Below are positions 28,963-41,202 of a stretch of DNA of 64,000 nucleotides, one piece after another. The position numbers and the translations under genes were made by a program. The DNA comes from Deltaproteobacteria bacterium (GTDB lineage: Bacteria; Desulfobacterota; Binatia; UBA1149; SPBQ01), in assembly GCA_029262375.1 (NCBI GenBank), contig JAJCZM010000044.1, forward strand, positions 41,833-105,832, written 5' to 3'. Numbering within the stretch: position 1 is the stretch's first letter; every line of letters begins with the position of its first letter. A model generated the notes under the pieces. The model saw only the letters and a program-made list of their open reading frames with translations, made no database searches and was not told the DNA's origin.

Positions 28963-29391
28963 ATGGCCAAGTACAAGGTAAAGGTCGACGGCAAGGAATA
29001 TGACGTAACGGTCACCGACTCGGGCATGGGCGCGAAGGTCTCGGTAGACGGCGCCACGTTCGATATCGAGCCTGTCGCCGGCGCGGCGCCGCCCGCGATC
29101 AGTGCGCCGAGCATCGCCGCGCCCGCGGCGCCGCCTGCATCAGCCGCAGCACCGCGATCTGCGCCGGCCGTCGGCGGCGGCGGATCGATCGCTGCGCCGA
29201 TTCCGGGTGTCGTCACCCAGCTACTCGTCAGGGTCGGAGACACCGTCGAGGCGAACCAGATCGTACTGAAACTCGAAGCGATGAAAATGGAAAACGACAT
29301 CGCCACGCCGGTCGGCGGCACCGTCACCGAGATCCCCATTAGCGAAGGCGCCGAGGTCCGTGACGGGCAATTGCTGATGGTGGTTGCGTAA
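28963..29391 (+). CDS. mmdC: biotin carrier (gamma) subunit
   Basis: [15 protein letters not shown], Ala/Pro linker, LEAMKMEN. Confidence 0.88.
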   Translation: MAKYKVKVDGKEYDVTVTDSGMGAKVSVDGATFDIEPVAGAAPPAISAPSIAAPAAPPASAAAPRSAPAVGGGGSIAAPIPGVVTQLLVRVGDTVEANQIVLKLEAMKMENDIATPVGGTVTEIPISEGAEVRDGQLLMVVA

Positions 29392-30515
29392 TGCTCGAGG
29401 CGTTCAGCACATTCCTCTTCCAGACGGGCTTCGTTCTGCTACCGCAGAACCCGCAGAACCTGCTCATGATCGCGGTGGGACTCGGCCTCATCTCACTCGC
29501 AGTCATCAAAGAGTACGAGCCGCTGCTACTTATCCCGATCGGTTTCGGCATGATCATGGGAAACATTCCGTTTGGCGGCGCTTCGCCCGACGACCCGGAA
29601 GGCGTGATTCATCTTCTGTATTACGGAGTGAAGCACGAGATCTATCCCGCGCTCATCTTCCTCGGCCTCGGCGCAATGACCGACTTCTCCGCCATGCTCT
29701 CGCAACCGCGCCTGATCTTTCTGGGCGCAGCGGCGCAGGTCGGCATCTTCGCCACCTACTGGGGCGCTCTGGCACTCGGCTTCAGCCCGCAAGAGGCAGG
29801 CGCGATCGGCATCATCGGCGGTGCCGACGGCCCGACAACGATCTTCATTACGTCTGCACTGGCGCCCGAGCTGCTCCCCGCAGTTGCTGTGGCGGCCTAC
29901 TCGTACATGGCACTCGTTCCCATCATTCAGCCTCCGATCGTGCGCGCGCTGACGACGAGAAAGGAACGACTGATCAAGATGAAACCCCCACGCGAGGTGG
30001 GCAGGACCGAGAAGATTCTCTTCCCGATCATTGGCTTCATCGTTTGCACCCTCGTGGCACCGAAGGCCACGACGCTTCTCGGCATGTTGTTCTTCGGCAA
30101 CCTCCTGAAGGAATCCGGCGTGACCGAACGCTTGGCCGTGACCGCGCGCACCGCATTCATCGACTCGGTAACCATCATTCTCGGAATCTGTGTCGGGGCG
30201 GGAGCATCGGCCGATCGCTTCTTGCGAGCCGAGTCGCTCAAGATCTTCGCCCTGGGCATGCTCGCATTCTGCGTGGCCACGGCGACCGGCGTTCTGTTCG
30301 CGAAGCTCATGAACCGCTTCTCGAAAGACCCGATCAACCCGATCATCGGGGCAGCAGGCGTGTCGGCCGTACCCATGGCCGCTCGCGTTGCGCTCACCAC
30401 GGCGCAGAAAGAAGATCCGACCAACTTCCTGATCATGCACGCGATGGGACCGAACGTGGCCGGCGTGATCGGCTCGGCCGTAGCGGCAGGTGTACTGCTG
30501 TCGATTCTCGGCTAG
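29391..30515 (+). CDS. mmdB: Na+-translocating decarboxylase beta subunit
   Basis: [59 protein letters not shown]. Confidence 0.94.
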   Translation: MLEAFSTFLFQTGFVLLPQNPQNLLMIAVGLGLISLAVIKEYEPLLLIPIGFGMIMGNIPFGGASPDDPEGVIHLLYYGVKHEIYPALIFLGLGAMTDFSAMLSQPRLIFLGAAAQVGIFATYWGALALGFSPQEAGAIGIIGGADGPTTIFITSALAPELLPAVAVAAYSYMALVPIIQPPIVRALTTRKERLIKMKPPREVGRTEKILFPIIGFIVCTLVAPKATTLLGMLFFGNLLKESGVTERLAVTARTAFIDSVTIILGICVGAGASADRFLRAESLKIFALGMLAFCVATATGVLFAKLMNRFSKDPINPIIGAAGVSAVPMAARVALTTAQKEDPTNFLIMHAMGPNVAGVIGSAVAAGVLLSILG

Positions 30516-30544
30516 TACTTCCCTCGAGGGTGAGGCGCACTGAT

Positions 30545-32203
<1,659 letters not shown>

Positions 32204-32266
32204 TAGACGTCAACGACAGTCGCGCAGCGTCAGTCCACGTGCTGACCAGGGCCCGATAGCGCTGCG

Positions 32267-34363
32267 GTGGCCGACGGCCCGCCACGCAGCCAGGCTGCGC
32301 AGACCTTACTGCGCAAACTGAAAAAGGTACGTAGGCGGCTCAGCCGGCCGGAAAAACTCGCCTCGGAGTTCGACATCCCCGCAGGCGAGCTAGAGGCCGC
32401 CATCACAGAGCTCATCGACGAGGGACTGGTCATGCGAGGCCGCCAAGGCCGCATCGGGCTGACCGAGCGCATGGGGCTCGTCACGGGCACCGTACGCGTC
32501 GGACGCCGTGGACGCGGCGTCGTCATTCCCGACCAGCCGGATGTTCCCATCGGACTCGGCAAAGGCTCCGTTCGGCCGGCCATGCACGGAGACCGCGTCC
32601 TGGTCGAAGTAGAGCCCCACAAGCAACGAGGCCTCCAGCGCGGCACGATCAAAGAAATTCTGGAGCGCGGACAGACACACATCATCGGCATCGTCCACGG
32701 AGAATCCGGGGGCGAACGGCTCGTCGTTCCGTCGAATGCGAAGTTCGGCGACCCGGCACGCATCGTCGAGGGCGACGTAGAGGCGCACGCGGGAACCGTC
32801 GTGCGCGCGAAGATCCTCGAATATCCGACCTCGTATCGTTCTGCGGTCGTCAAGATAGAACGCCTACTCGGCGAGAGCGGAACACTCACGACCGAGATCG
32901 AGGCCGTACGCATGTCGCTCGGCATCGAGAGCGAGTTCCTGCCGCAAGTCGAGGCCGACGCCGAGGCAGCGGCTGCTGTTGCGTCTACGGGTCTTGCAGA
33001 TTCGAGCCGCATCGACCTACGCCACGAACCGACGATCACGATCGATCCCAGCGATGCACGTGACTTCGACGATGCAGTGTCGATCGAACACACCCACAAC
33101 GGATATCGATTGACGATCTCCATTGCAGACGTCTCTCACTACGTGCGCCCGGGCAGCGCGTTGGATCGTGAAGCCGCAGACCGCGCATCAAGCGTCTATT
33201 TTCCCGGTCGCTGCGTTCCGATGCTGCCCGAAAAGATTTCCGGCGACCTTGCCAGCCTAAGGCCGGGTGAAGATCGTCTCGCGGTATCCGTCTTCCTAGA
33301 AATCGACGCCACCGGCACAATCACCGGCCGCAAGTTTGCTCGCACGATCATCAGCAGCGACCACCGCCTGACCTACGAACAGGCCGAGGAGTTCCTCGAC
33401 GCCGCCGACGAAACCGCGCCGGGCTCAATCGTCCGGCTCTTGTGGGACTGTGCGAGCATGTTGCTGTCGCAACGCATGCGTCGCGGTGCGATAGACTTGG
33501 ACATCCCGGAAGCTGTGGCCGAACTCGACGAAAACGGCGAACCGACAACGATACGCAGGCGAACTCGACTTCGTGCCCACCGGTTAATCGAAGAATGCAT
33601 GCTCGCGGCGAACGAAGCCGTTGCCGCGCACCTCGAAGAAAACGACATCGCATTCCTCTACCGAATACACGAGCGCCCTAACGACGAAGACATCAGCAGT
33701 CTCGCTACCAGGCTGCGCAGCCTGGGCTTGCGCCTGCCCAGCGACGGAATCGAACTCGACCCCAAATCGCTGCAATCCGTCGTCGCCAAAGCACGCGCAA
33801 AACCGTTTCAGCGGCTCGTCCACGTCATGGTATTGCGCGCAATGACCCAGGCACGCTACGACCCGTTCAAACAGATTCACTTCGGCCTGGCGAGTAGCTG
33901 CTACACACACTTCACGTCTCCGATCCGCCGATATCCCGACCTGGTCGTACATCGCGCGCTGTGTAAGCTCATCGAAGTCGGCACCGAGGCGTTGCCCACC
34001 CGCGAGGCACTCGTTTCCGTCGGCCTCCACTGTTCCCAGCGAGAACGTCGTGCGATGGAAGCCGAACGTGAGACGATGCGCGCGGCGGGCATCCTCGTCA
34101 TGCAATCGCGCGTTGGCGAAGAGTTCGACGCAATGGTGACGGGGATCGATCGTCACGGTTTCTTCGTTCAGCTCGACGAACCGTTCGTAGAAGGCTTTGT
34201 CGCACTCGCCAAGATGCCTGAGTACTATGAGTACGTAGCTGACCGGCTCGAGCTCTCCAGCCGCAGCAGCAATGCACGCATACGCATCGGGGATTCGATC
34301 CGTGTACGATTGGAGTCCTGCGATCTTGCCGAGCGCAGAATGGAATTGGAGCCGCTTACCTGA
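32267..34363 (+). CDS. rnr: ribonuclease R (RNB family)
   Basis: AMHGDRV, TIDPSDARDFDDA, IEECMLAAN, YTHFTSPIRRYPDL, C-terminal S1 domain. Confidence 0.93.
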   Translation: MADGPPRSQAAQTLLRKLKKVRRRLSRPEKLASEFDIPAGELEAAITELIDEGLVMRGRQGRIGLTERMGLVTGTVRVGRRGRGVVIPDQPDVPIGLGKGSVRPAMHGDRVLVEVEPHKQRGLQRGTIKEILERGQTHIIGIVHGESGGERLVVPSNAKFGDPARIVEGDVEAHAGTVVRAKILEYPTSYRSAVVKIERLLGESGTLTTEIEAVRMSLGIESEFLPQVEADAEAAAAVASTGLADSSRIDLRHEPTITIDPSDARDFDDAVSIEHTHNGYRLTISIADVSHYVRPGSALDREAADRASSVYFPGRCVPMLPEKISGDLASLRPGEDRLAVSVFLEIDATGTITGRKFARTIISSDHRLTYEQAEEFLDAADETAPGSIVRLLWDCASMLLSQRMRRGAIDLDIPEAVAELDENGEPTTIRRRTRLRAHRLIEECMLAANEAVAAHLEENDIAFLYRIHERPNDEDISSLATRLRSLGLRLPSDGIELDPKSLQSVVAKARAKPFQRLVHVMVLRAMTQARYDPFKQIHFGLASSCYTHFTSPIRRYPDLVVHRALCKLIEVGTEALPTREALVSVGLHCSQRERRAMEAERETMRAAGILVMQSRVGEEFDAMVTGIDRHGFFVQLDEPFVEGFVALAKMPEYYEYVADRLELSSRSSNARIRIGDSIRVRLESCDLAERRMELEPLT

Positions 34364-34373
34364 GGATGAATCG

Positions 34374-35756
34374 ATGAGAGTCGTGGCAGTCGTAGCCGTC
34401 GTGGCCATCGCGATATTGCAGCTCTCGGTGCTCGGAGTCGTTGCCACACCGGCCGAAGCCGACACGCAATCTTCGGTCCGCCGCACCCCGGTCGTCCAAG
34501 CCGTCGAGAAGACGCGCCCTGCTGTGGTGAACATCTACACGGAGCGCATCGTCGAAACGCCGTTCAGTGGCCGTGCACCGTTCAGCGGCGATCCGTTCTT
34601 TGACCGCTTCTTCAACGACTTCCTGCGCGGACCGGGCGTTCAGAAACCGACGCGTCAGCGCCGATCGCTCGGCTCCGGTGTTCTCGTCGATCCGTCGGGC
34701 ATCGTCGTCACGAACGAGCATGTGATAGTTCATGCCTCGACGATCCGCGTCTTGATGGCCGACGAGCGTGAATACCCCGCCACGCTCGTCGGCGCCGACT
34801 CCGACTCGGATCTTGCGGTACTACGCATCGAGACCGACGCCCCCCTCCCCTACATCCCATTGCCGACCGAAGACGACATATTGATCGGCGAATCCGTGAT
34901 CGCGATCGGAAACCCCTTCGGGCTGTCGCATACCGTCACAGTGGGGGTAGTCAGCGCAATCGGTAGAACGATTCAGGCCGCCGATCTCACCTATCGCGAC
35001 TTCATCCAGACTGACGCGTCGATCAATCCCGGCAACTCCGGAGGCCCGCTTGTCAATGTCGAGGGGAGACTCGTCGGCATCAACACAGCGATCCATGCGC
35101 AGGGCGAAGGGATCGGATTTGCGATTCCGGTGCACCGAGTGCGCAACATCGTCGATCAGATCGTCCATCACGGCCACGTCCAGCCACCATGGATCGGAGT
35201 ACAGGTTCAAGACCTCACCCCGGAAATCGCGTTCCACTTCGGGACCAGCCCCGGCAGCGGCGTACTCATCAACGGTGTCGATTCCGACAGTCCCGCCGAG
35301 AAAGAAGGGCTGAAACGGGGCCAGCTGATCGTACGTGCCGAACGACAACCGGTCAGCAATTCGGCGACGTTCGCGCATGCGATCAAGGGGATGACCTCGG
35401 GGGATACGCTCGAGTTGGTCGTGCTCGACCGCGGGAAAATGCGCGACGTCACTCTCGAATTGAGTAGTATCCCGCGATCTCTGTTGGAAGCGTTCGCGTG
35501 GCGCGGTCTCGGCCTCGGCGTCGCCGATCATGACGGCGGTGAAGTCGTAGTCGTTACCAAGGTCCGTCGCGACGGCCCGGCGGCAAAGATCGGGATTCAA
35601 CCCGGCGACGCCATCGCCGCGATGGGCGGCCGCGAGGTGAACGATGTCGCCGCCTTCGAACGCGCATCGGCCGCGCTACGCAACAGCAACAATGTACTCG
35701 TCTCCGTCATTCGGGGGCGTCGCCTCTATCGGGTAACGCTTCCCGTTGCTCGGTGA
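34374..35756 (+). CDS. degQ: HtrA/DegQ serine protease with two PDZ domains
   Basis: Signal peptide; LGSG, TNEHV, DLAVL, IQTDASINPGNSGGPL. Confidence 0.92.
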   Translation: MRVVAVVAVVAIAILQLSVLGVVATPAEADTQSSVRRTPVVQAVEKTRPAVVNIYTERIVETPFSGRAPFSGDPFFDRFFNDFLRGPGVQKPTRQRRSLGSGVLVDPSGIVVTNEHVIVHASTIRVLMADEREYPATLVGADSDSDLAVLRIETDAPLPYIPLPTEDDILIGESVIAIGNPFGLSHTVTVGVVSAIGRTIQAADLTYRDFIQTDASINPGNSGGPLVNVEGRLVGINTAIHAQGEGIGFAIPVHRVRNIVDQIVHHGHVQPPWIGVQVQDLTPEIAFHFGTSPGSGVLINGVDSDSPAEKEGLKRGQLIVRAERQPVSNSATFAHAIKGMTSGDTLELVVLDRGKMRDVTLELSSIPRSLLEAFAWRGLGLGVADHDGGEVVVVTKVRRDGPAAKIGIQPGDAIAAMGGREVNDVAAFERASAALRNSNNVLVSVIRGRRLYRVTLPVAR

Positions 35757-35757
35757 C

Positions 35758-35785
35758 TTGACAGCTTAAGTCCGGGTCTTACCTT
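35758..35785 (+). promoter_or_regulatory. candidate sigma70 promoter for hsp20
   Basis: TTGACA (35758-35763), 16-nt spacer, TACCTT. Confidence 0.45.
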
Positions 35786-35838
35786 GAAGTCACACGGCGA
35801 GCGAACTCGCCACAGCAACGACATTGGAGGTACACGCA

Positions 35839-36249
35839 ATGATGCTGACTACTTGGGATCCGTTCAAGAACCTTCAGAATTTCGAACGCGCAGCGGGTAC
35901 ACGTTCGCCGACGAAAGACTGGAATCCGGCGACGAATATTTCGAAAGATGAAGGAGCCTACGTGCTTCGATTCGACGTACCGGGCATTTCGAAAGAAGAC
36001 ATCGCGATCGATATCGAGCGAGGCGTACTCGTCGTCAGCGGCGAGAGAAAGTCGACGAAAACCGAGTCGGACGACGAGCAGTTCTACCGAGTGGAGACGT
36101 ACGTAGGCAAGTTCAGCCGGTCGTTCCGCCTACCGGAAGACGCCGACGTAAGCTCGGTGACAGCCACGCAAAAGGACGGCGTACTGACGGTACGCATCCC
36201 ACAGGCTGAGTCTGCTCAGGCACGCAAGGTCGAGATCGCGGCCGCGTAG
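35839..36249 (+). CDS. small heat-shock protein (Hsp20/alpha-crystallin)
   Basis: RBS GGAGG; FDVPGI, SGER, GKFSRSFRLP, DGVLTVRIP, KVEI. Confidence 0.93.
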   Translation: MMLTTWDPFKNLQNFERAAGTRSPTKDWNPATNISKDEGAYVLRFDVPGISKEDIAIDIERGVLVVSGERKSTKTESDDEQFYRVETYVGKFSRSFRLPEDADVSSVTATQKDGVLTVRIPQAESAQARKVEIAAA

Positions 36250-36272
36250 AGCAGGCGCGAGAAACGAAGACA

Positions 36273-36308
36273 GAGGTCGGGGGCGCGCACGGGTGCGCAC
36301 CCGACCTC
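36273..36308 (+). terminator. GC-rich hairpin downstream of hsp20 (no U tract)
   Basis: GAGGTCGG...GCGC-acgg-GTGC...CCGACCTC between convergent genes. Confidence 0.5.
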
Positions 36309-36343
36309 GCTACGTCCTGCCTGAGTCCACCCTCCAGTATCCT

Positions 36344-37039
36344 CTAGGAAAACAGTCGACTGCAACGCGGGCGATCCAGCTCGCAGAGACTACCGACGAC
36401 GAGGTCAGCGTCGTCGAAGGCGTCCGCTGAATGACTGTTCGTTACTGCGATCGCCTTCATTCCGGCCTGCAACGCGGCATTCACACCACCGATCGAATCC
36501 TCGATGACGATACATTCCTCCGGGACCAAACCGTCGGCGTGTCCCCGGGCCAGTCGCGCGCACGCTTCGAGAAACGTTTCAGGATGCGGCTTGCCGCGCA
36601 CGACGTCATCAGCCGCGACGATCTCAGCAAAATATGCGTCCAACGCGGCGATTCGCAAAATGAGTCGAACCTCGGCACCGAGCGCACCGGAGCCGATCGC
36701 AAGCGGGATGGGTGGGTCCGCTCGCCGCTCGTCGCGAAGATCGGCTAGCAGCTCACGTACTCCCGGGAAGATCTCGACACGTTCCCCAACGAGGTCGCGA
36801 AAGATGCGTGCCTTCCGGTCCATGAGATCACCGACGGTCGATTCCGGCGAGTCGACACCGTGGTCTCCGAGGATCGCCTCAAACCCTTGGCGATCGTCCA
36901 GTCCGAGATAGCGCTCGAGGTAGTCTTGATCGGTGATCGATATATCGTGCGCGCTCAGCGCAAGGCGAAAACCCTGGAGGTGAAGACGTTCGGTATCTGC
37001 GATGACGCCGTCGAAGTCGAAGATAATAGCTCGCAGCAT
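36344..37039 (-). CDS. HAD-family phosphatase (beta-PGM/CbbY-like)
   Basis: IFDFDGVIADTE, GKPHPE, VIEDS..GV.AA. Confidence 0.9.
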   Translation of the reverse strand: MLRAIIFDFDGVIADTERLHLQGFRLALSAHDISITDQDYLERYLGLDDRQGFEAILGDHGVDSPESTVGDLMDRKARIFRDLVGERVEIFPGVRELLADLRDERRADPPIPLAIGSGALGAEVRLILRIAALDAYFAEIVAADDVVRGKPHPETFLEACARLARGHADGLVPEECIVIEDSIGGVNAALQAGMKAIAVTNSHSADAFDDADLVVGSLCELDRPRCSRLFS

Positions 37040-37042
37040 GCC

Positions 37043-37387
37043 TCAGCCGGGAGGCCACGACATGGGTCGTCCGGCGAGTAGATGAAAATGAATGTGGAAC
37101 ACGGTCTGACCGCCGTCTCGCTTGCAGTTCGCCACGACGCGATAGCCGTCTTCGTCGAAGCCCTCGTCGCGCGCGATGTCTCGCGCCGTGAGATACACCT
37201 TCCCGATCAACTCTGCGTGCGCGGCCTCTAGATCGGCGATGGTCTCGATGTGTTTGTGCGGAATGATCAGCAAGTGAACGGGTGCCGTAGGATTGATGTC
37301 CTTGATCGCGAATAGCTCGCCATCATCGTGGACTTTTTCTGCGGGCACGTCACCAGCCGAGATCTTACAAAATAAACAGTCCGACAT
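37043..37387 (-). CDS. hinT: histidine triad (HINT) nucleotide-binding protein
   Basis: MSDCLFCKI, DINP.APVHLLIIP, GQTVFHIHFHLLAGR, WPPG. Confidence 0.94.
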   Translation of the reverse strand: MSDCLFCKISAGDVPAEKVHDDGELFAIKDINPTAPVHLLIIPHKHIETIADLEAAHAELIGKVYLTARDIARDEGFDEDGYRVVANCKRDGGQTVFHIHFHLLAGRPMSWPPG

Positions 37388-37448
37388 GGTCGTGGGATGC
37401 CACGACGACAGCGCCCGTGCAATCCGGGATGACAGGAGTCTCACCGAC

Positions 37449-38492
37449 TTACAGTAGACGGCAGATTAGTTCATCGGGACTATCCAGCGCCAGTAGGAAG
37501 TGCGATTCCTGAGCGAGCACCGACGTCACGCATCGACGAATCGCTGCCGCGCGAGCCACCTGTCCTTCACAGGCATCAGCCAGCGCCGCCACGGTGGTAG
37601 CCGGGGCCATGATATCCCCGGCGAGTTCGACATCGACGAGTCGATCGTCCTCGATCCGCGCCGACGCTTCAGCGACACCGAGCATCGTGAGCGCCGCCGC
37701 CGTTCGCATGCCCGGCTTCGCCTCGCGACGCTCGCCGAGAAACTCGCTGAAGGCCGCCTCGCCCGGTGCGGTGAACGTAGACCACCATGGCGGACTCTCC
37801 GACCAGACGCGCGACTCGCAACGCCAATCCGACGTCGCCGCGTCTGCGAACGCGCCCAGCCAATCCTCGATCCCGCGCTCGGGGCAGCCAAGATCGGCCA
37901 AGGATGCAGCATCTGCGAAGCATTGCTTGTCGATCGCGGCCACGCCGTCGCGATCGAGTTCGTCGATGAGTGGGCCGAACGTCGCCAACGATTCGCGGTT
38001 ACCGATACAAATATCGACGAGCGCGACTCCATCGGGGAACACAGTGAACGAGCAAGCTCCGATCGGTTTCTTATCGACGGTGATCAGGTCACGTCCTGGA
38101 TAGAAGGCGTCTATTCCAGCCAGCCCGGCCCGGCCGCCTGCGCGCAGAACCGACAGCAGCGGGCGTAGCGCGCGATTGAGAACCTGCTCCGGACGCATGA
38201 CCGGAAGGCGCGGATCGAGCCAACCGCTCGACGGCACCGTTACCGTCAGTTCCAGCAAGCCCGGCCCGGTCGGCGTCGATCGCCCACCGGTCAAGCGCCG
38301 CGTCAGCCGCGAATCGGCCTCGCTGCGTCGGCGATGAAACCGGCCCAAGGCTACCCCGGGCTCCAAGGCCGAATGCAGGCGTAAGCAAGCGGTCTGATCC
38401 TGCCGCGCGGTGTATCCGACCATCGCCTGATCCCACGCGAACCGCCGCAAGGGATCGGCAGGGCCCGAAGCCCACAGTTCCAGCGTCCGCAT
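37449..38492 (-). CDS. divergent lipoate-protein ligase A-like protein
   Basis: VALGRFH, RRLTGG, RDL...KKPIG, C-terminal domain (VELAGD). Confidence 0.65.
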   Translation of the reverse strand: MRTLELWASGPADPLRRFAWDQAMVGYTARQDQTACLRLHSALEPGVALGRFHRRRSEADSRLTRRLTGGRSTPTGPGLLELTVTVPSSGWLDPRLPVMRPEQVLNRALRPLLSVLRAGGRAGLAGIDAFYPGRDLITVDKKPIGACSFTVFPDGVALVDICIGNRESLATFGPLIDELDRDGVAAIDKQCFADAASLADLGCPERGIEDWLGAFADAATSDWRCESRVWSESPPWWSTFTAPGEAAFSEFLGERREAKPGMRTAAALTMLGVAEASARIEDDRLVDVELAGDIMAPATTVAALADACEGQVARAAAIRRCVTSVLAQESHFLLALDSPDELICRLL

Positions 38493-38586
38493 GCCGCCAG
38501 CCTAGCAGAAGGCCGGGGAAATCACGGATGCCGGAGACGGACGACGTAGCGCGCGCGTGGGCATTCGCGGTATGATAATCGGAGAC

Positions 38587-40311
38587 ATGCGTATCATTCC
38601 TCGCAAGCCTCTCAAGTGGTTCTTCCTGCTGACCTCGCTCGTCATGCTGGCGATCACCGTGAGCACACTGTTCTCCACGCCGACGATCGAGCCCGGGACA
38701 TATCTGACGGTCGACGTATCCGGCGAATACCACATCGCGCCGCCGGGCAACGTGCTGGATCAGTTGGTCGAAGACCGCCGCATCCTCGCCAACCTGATTG
38801 GCGCACTCGATCGAGCTCAAACCGACGATCGCATCGAAGGCGCGATCGTCAACATCCGTGGGCTGGATATGGGATGGGGCCGGCTGCGCGAAATTCGCGA
38901 TGCGATCGTAAGACTACGATCGAGCGGCAAGCGCGTGATCGCCTATCTAGATTCGTCGATGATGCGCGGCAACAAAGAGTACTATCTCGCAAGTGCCGCC
39001 GACGACATCTTCGTGCCGCCCGCAGGCGCGCCGATGCTCAGCGGCCTTTCATCGCGATACATGTTCCTCGGTGGCGTGTGGAGCCACCTTAACCTGGAGA
39101 TGCAGGTTGAGCAGATCCGAGAGTACAAGGGATTCGGCGACCAGGTGGGCGGTCTGGGAATGACCGATGCACTGCGCGAGCAGGCAAACTCACTTCTCGA
39201 CGATCTGAACGACGAGTTTCTTGAGACCATCGCCGCGGCCAGAGGCTTGACTCGCGCCGAGGTCGAGAAGATCGTCGATTCTTGCCCGGCGACCGCAGCA
39301 GAGTTCGTCGAAACCGGACTGGCCGATGACCAACTGTTCTTCGATCAGGTGTTGGTCGATCTCGGTGACGGTGAGCGCGTCGAGACGGTTGGGCTCGCCG
39401 ACTATAATCGTCAAGGAGTCTCGAACCTTTTCGGAGACGAACAACCGAAGATCGCCGTCATCTACGCCGACGGTGCGATCGTCGCTGGCAAGGGCGGTCG
39501 CCGTGGTCTCGCAGGCCCATCGATAGGGTCCGCGGGGCTGACGAAAGCGTTCCGGGAGGCGGCCGAGGACCCCGAGATCGAAGCAATCGTCTTCCGTCTC
39601 AACAGCCCCGGTGGTTCGCCGCTGGGATCGGACCACGTGTGGCGCGCCATCCGCGTCGCATCGGAGAAGAAACCCGTCGTCGCGTCGTTCGCTGACGTCG
39701 CTGCATCGGGTGGCTACTACATGGCTGCCGGTGCCGACCTGATCGTCGCCGAGCCCACCACCATAACCGGATCCATCGGCGTAGTGCTCGTTCGACCGAA
39801 CATCGAGAAGCTGTTGAGCCGGTACGACATAGCGACCGAGTCCATCGGACGTGGTCGCTATTCAAGCATTGCCGATACTTCCAAGCCGATGACGGACGAA
39901 GAGCTCTCGCTGGTTCGCGAGCAGATGGAGTCCACCTACCGACTCTTCCTCGATCGTGTTTCGGTCGGCAGACAGATGACCGTCGAAGAAGTCGACGGTC
40001 TGGGCGGAGGGCGCGTTTGGACCGGCCGCCAGGCGCTCGACAGAGGTCTCATCGACGAGCTAGGCGGCCTCGACACCGCCATTCGTCTCGCCGCAACGGA
40101 AGCCGGAATCGCCCAGCCGGACAACGTATCGAAAGTCTACCTTCCCGAACGTCGCCCTATTCTTCGTGAGTTGCTCAGCCCGTTCAGCGGTTCCGGCGCA
40201 GCCGAATACATGCCTGCCGGCCTGAACGATTTCGTCGAAGCCGTGAGCGCGTACGTACCGCTCGAAGCCGGTATCTACGCACTGTCTTCAACGATATTTC
40301 ACGTCCACTAG
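38587..40311 (+). CDS. sppA: signal peptide peptidase SppA (long form)
   Basis: YYLASAAD, EYK, RLNSPGGS, KPVVAS, AASGGYY, TGSIGV, GRVWTG. Confidence 0.93.
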   Translation: MRIIPRKPLKWFFLLTSLVMLAITVSTLFSTPTIEPGTYLTVDVSGEYHIAPPGNVLDQLVEDRRILANLIGALDRAQTDDRIEGAIVNIRGLDMGWGRLREIRDAIVRLRSSGKRVIAYLDSSMMRGNKEYYLASAADDIFVPPAGAPMLSGLSSRYMFLGGVWSHLNLEMQVEQIREYKGFGDQVGGLGMTDALREQANSLLDDLNDEFLETIAAARGLTRAEVEKIVDSCPATAAEFVETGLADDQLFFDQVLVDLGDGERVETVGLADYNRQGVSNLFGDEQPKIAVIYADGAIVAGKGGRRGLAGPSIGSAGLTKAFREAAEDPEIEAIVFRLNSPGGSPLGSDHVWRAIRVASEKKPVVASFADVAASGGYYMAAGADLIVAEPTTITGSIGVVLVRPNIEKLLSRYDIATESIGRGRYSSIADTSKPMTDEELSLVREQMESTYRLFLDRVSVGRQMTVEEVDGLGGGRVWTGRQALDRGLIDELGGLDTAIRLAATEAGIAQPDNVSKVYLPERRPILRELLSPFSGSGAAEYMPAGLNDFVEAVSAYVPLEAGIYALSSTIFHVH

Positions 40312-40315
40312 GCGC

Positions 40316-41152
40316 CTAGCCGATCCGCATCAGTCGTTCGATTCGCTCGTCGGTCGGAGGGTGCGTGCTGAAAAGCTTCGTGATCCCACCGACTCCCGCG
40401 AACGGCGCCATGATGAAGAGATGGGCGGTCGCCGGATTGGCATCCATCGGCGCACGCGCGACGGCGGATTCTATCTTTCGAAGTGCGCTTGCCAGGCCAC
40501 CCGGGTTGCCGGCAATTTTTGCTCCACCCGCATCGGCCGCGAACTCGCGAGAGCGGGAGATTGCAGCCTGGATCAGCATGGCAGCGAAGGGCGCAATTAA
40601 TGCGACCGCAATCATGGCCAGCGGACTTCCATTGTCGCCACTGCGACGACCCCCGCCGAAGATAGCAGCCCATCTCGCCATGCTTGCCAACATCATGATC
40701 GCGGCGCCTATCGTGGCGGCAACGGACTGAATCAAGATATCGCGGTGGGCCACGTGCGCGAGCTCATGCGCCATGACGCCCTCGAGTTCTTCCTGGTTGA
40801 GCATCCGAATGAGGCCTTCTGTCGCGGCAACCGATGCATGGCTGGGATTGCGACCCGTGGCGAAAGCATTCGGCGACTGCGTCGGAATGACGAATACCTT
40901 CGGCATGGGCAGGCCGCTTCTCAGTGTCAGCTTCTGAACGAGCCGGTACAGCGGATGATCCGGTCCGACCTCTCCGGCACGGTACATCTTCAAAACGATG
41001 CGATCGGAGAACCAGTACGAACCGAAATTCATCACGACCGCAAAAAAGAAGGCGATCATCATTCCCGATTGACCGCCCACCGAACCGCCGATCAGGAGCA
41101 GCACCGCGCTCAACGCGGAAAGCAACACCGCGGTTTTTACGTAACTAGCCAT
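40316..41152 (-). CDS. htpX: membrane zinc metalloprotease HtpX
   Basis: PNAFATGR, HELAH, ISRSREFAAD, LFSTHPP..ERI. Confidence 0.95.
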   Translation of the reverse strand: MASYVKTAVLLSALSAVLLLIGGSVGGQSGMMIAFFFAVVMNFGSYWFSDRIVLKMYRAGEVGPDHPLYRLVQKLTLRSGLPMPKVFVIPTQSPNAFATGRNPSHASVAATEGLIRMLNQEELEGVMAHELAHVAHRDILIQSVAATIGAAIMMLASMARWAAIFGGGRRSGDNGSPLAMIAVALIAPFAAMLIQAAISRSREFAADAGGAKIAGNPGGLASALRKIESAVARAPMDANPATAHLFIMAPFAGVGGITKLFSTHPPTDERIERLMRIG

Positions 41153-41202
41153 GGGACGGATTCTAACCTCGGTTCGTCACCGCGCAACCGACGACTCGGG
41201 AA

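Noticed and set aside
29384-30544. 939-aa ORF suggesting a long N-terminal extension or fusion on the mutase
   Set aside because: The extension is an Arg-rich off-frame shadow of mmdB. The real mutase starts at ATG 30545 after GAGG.
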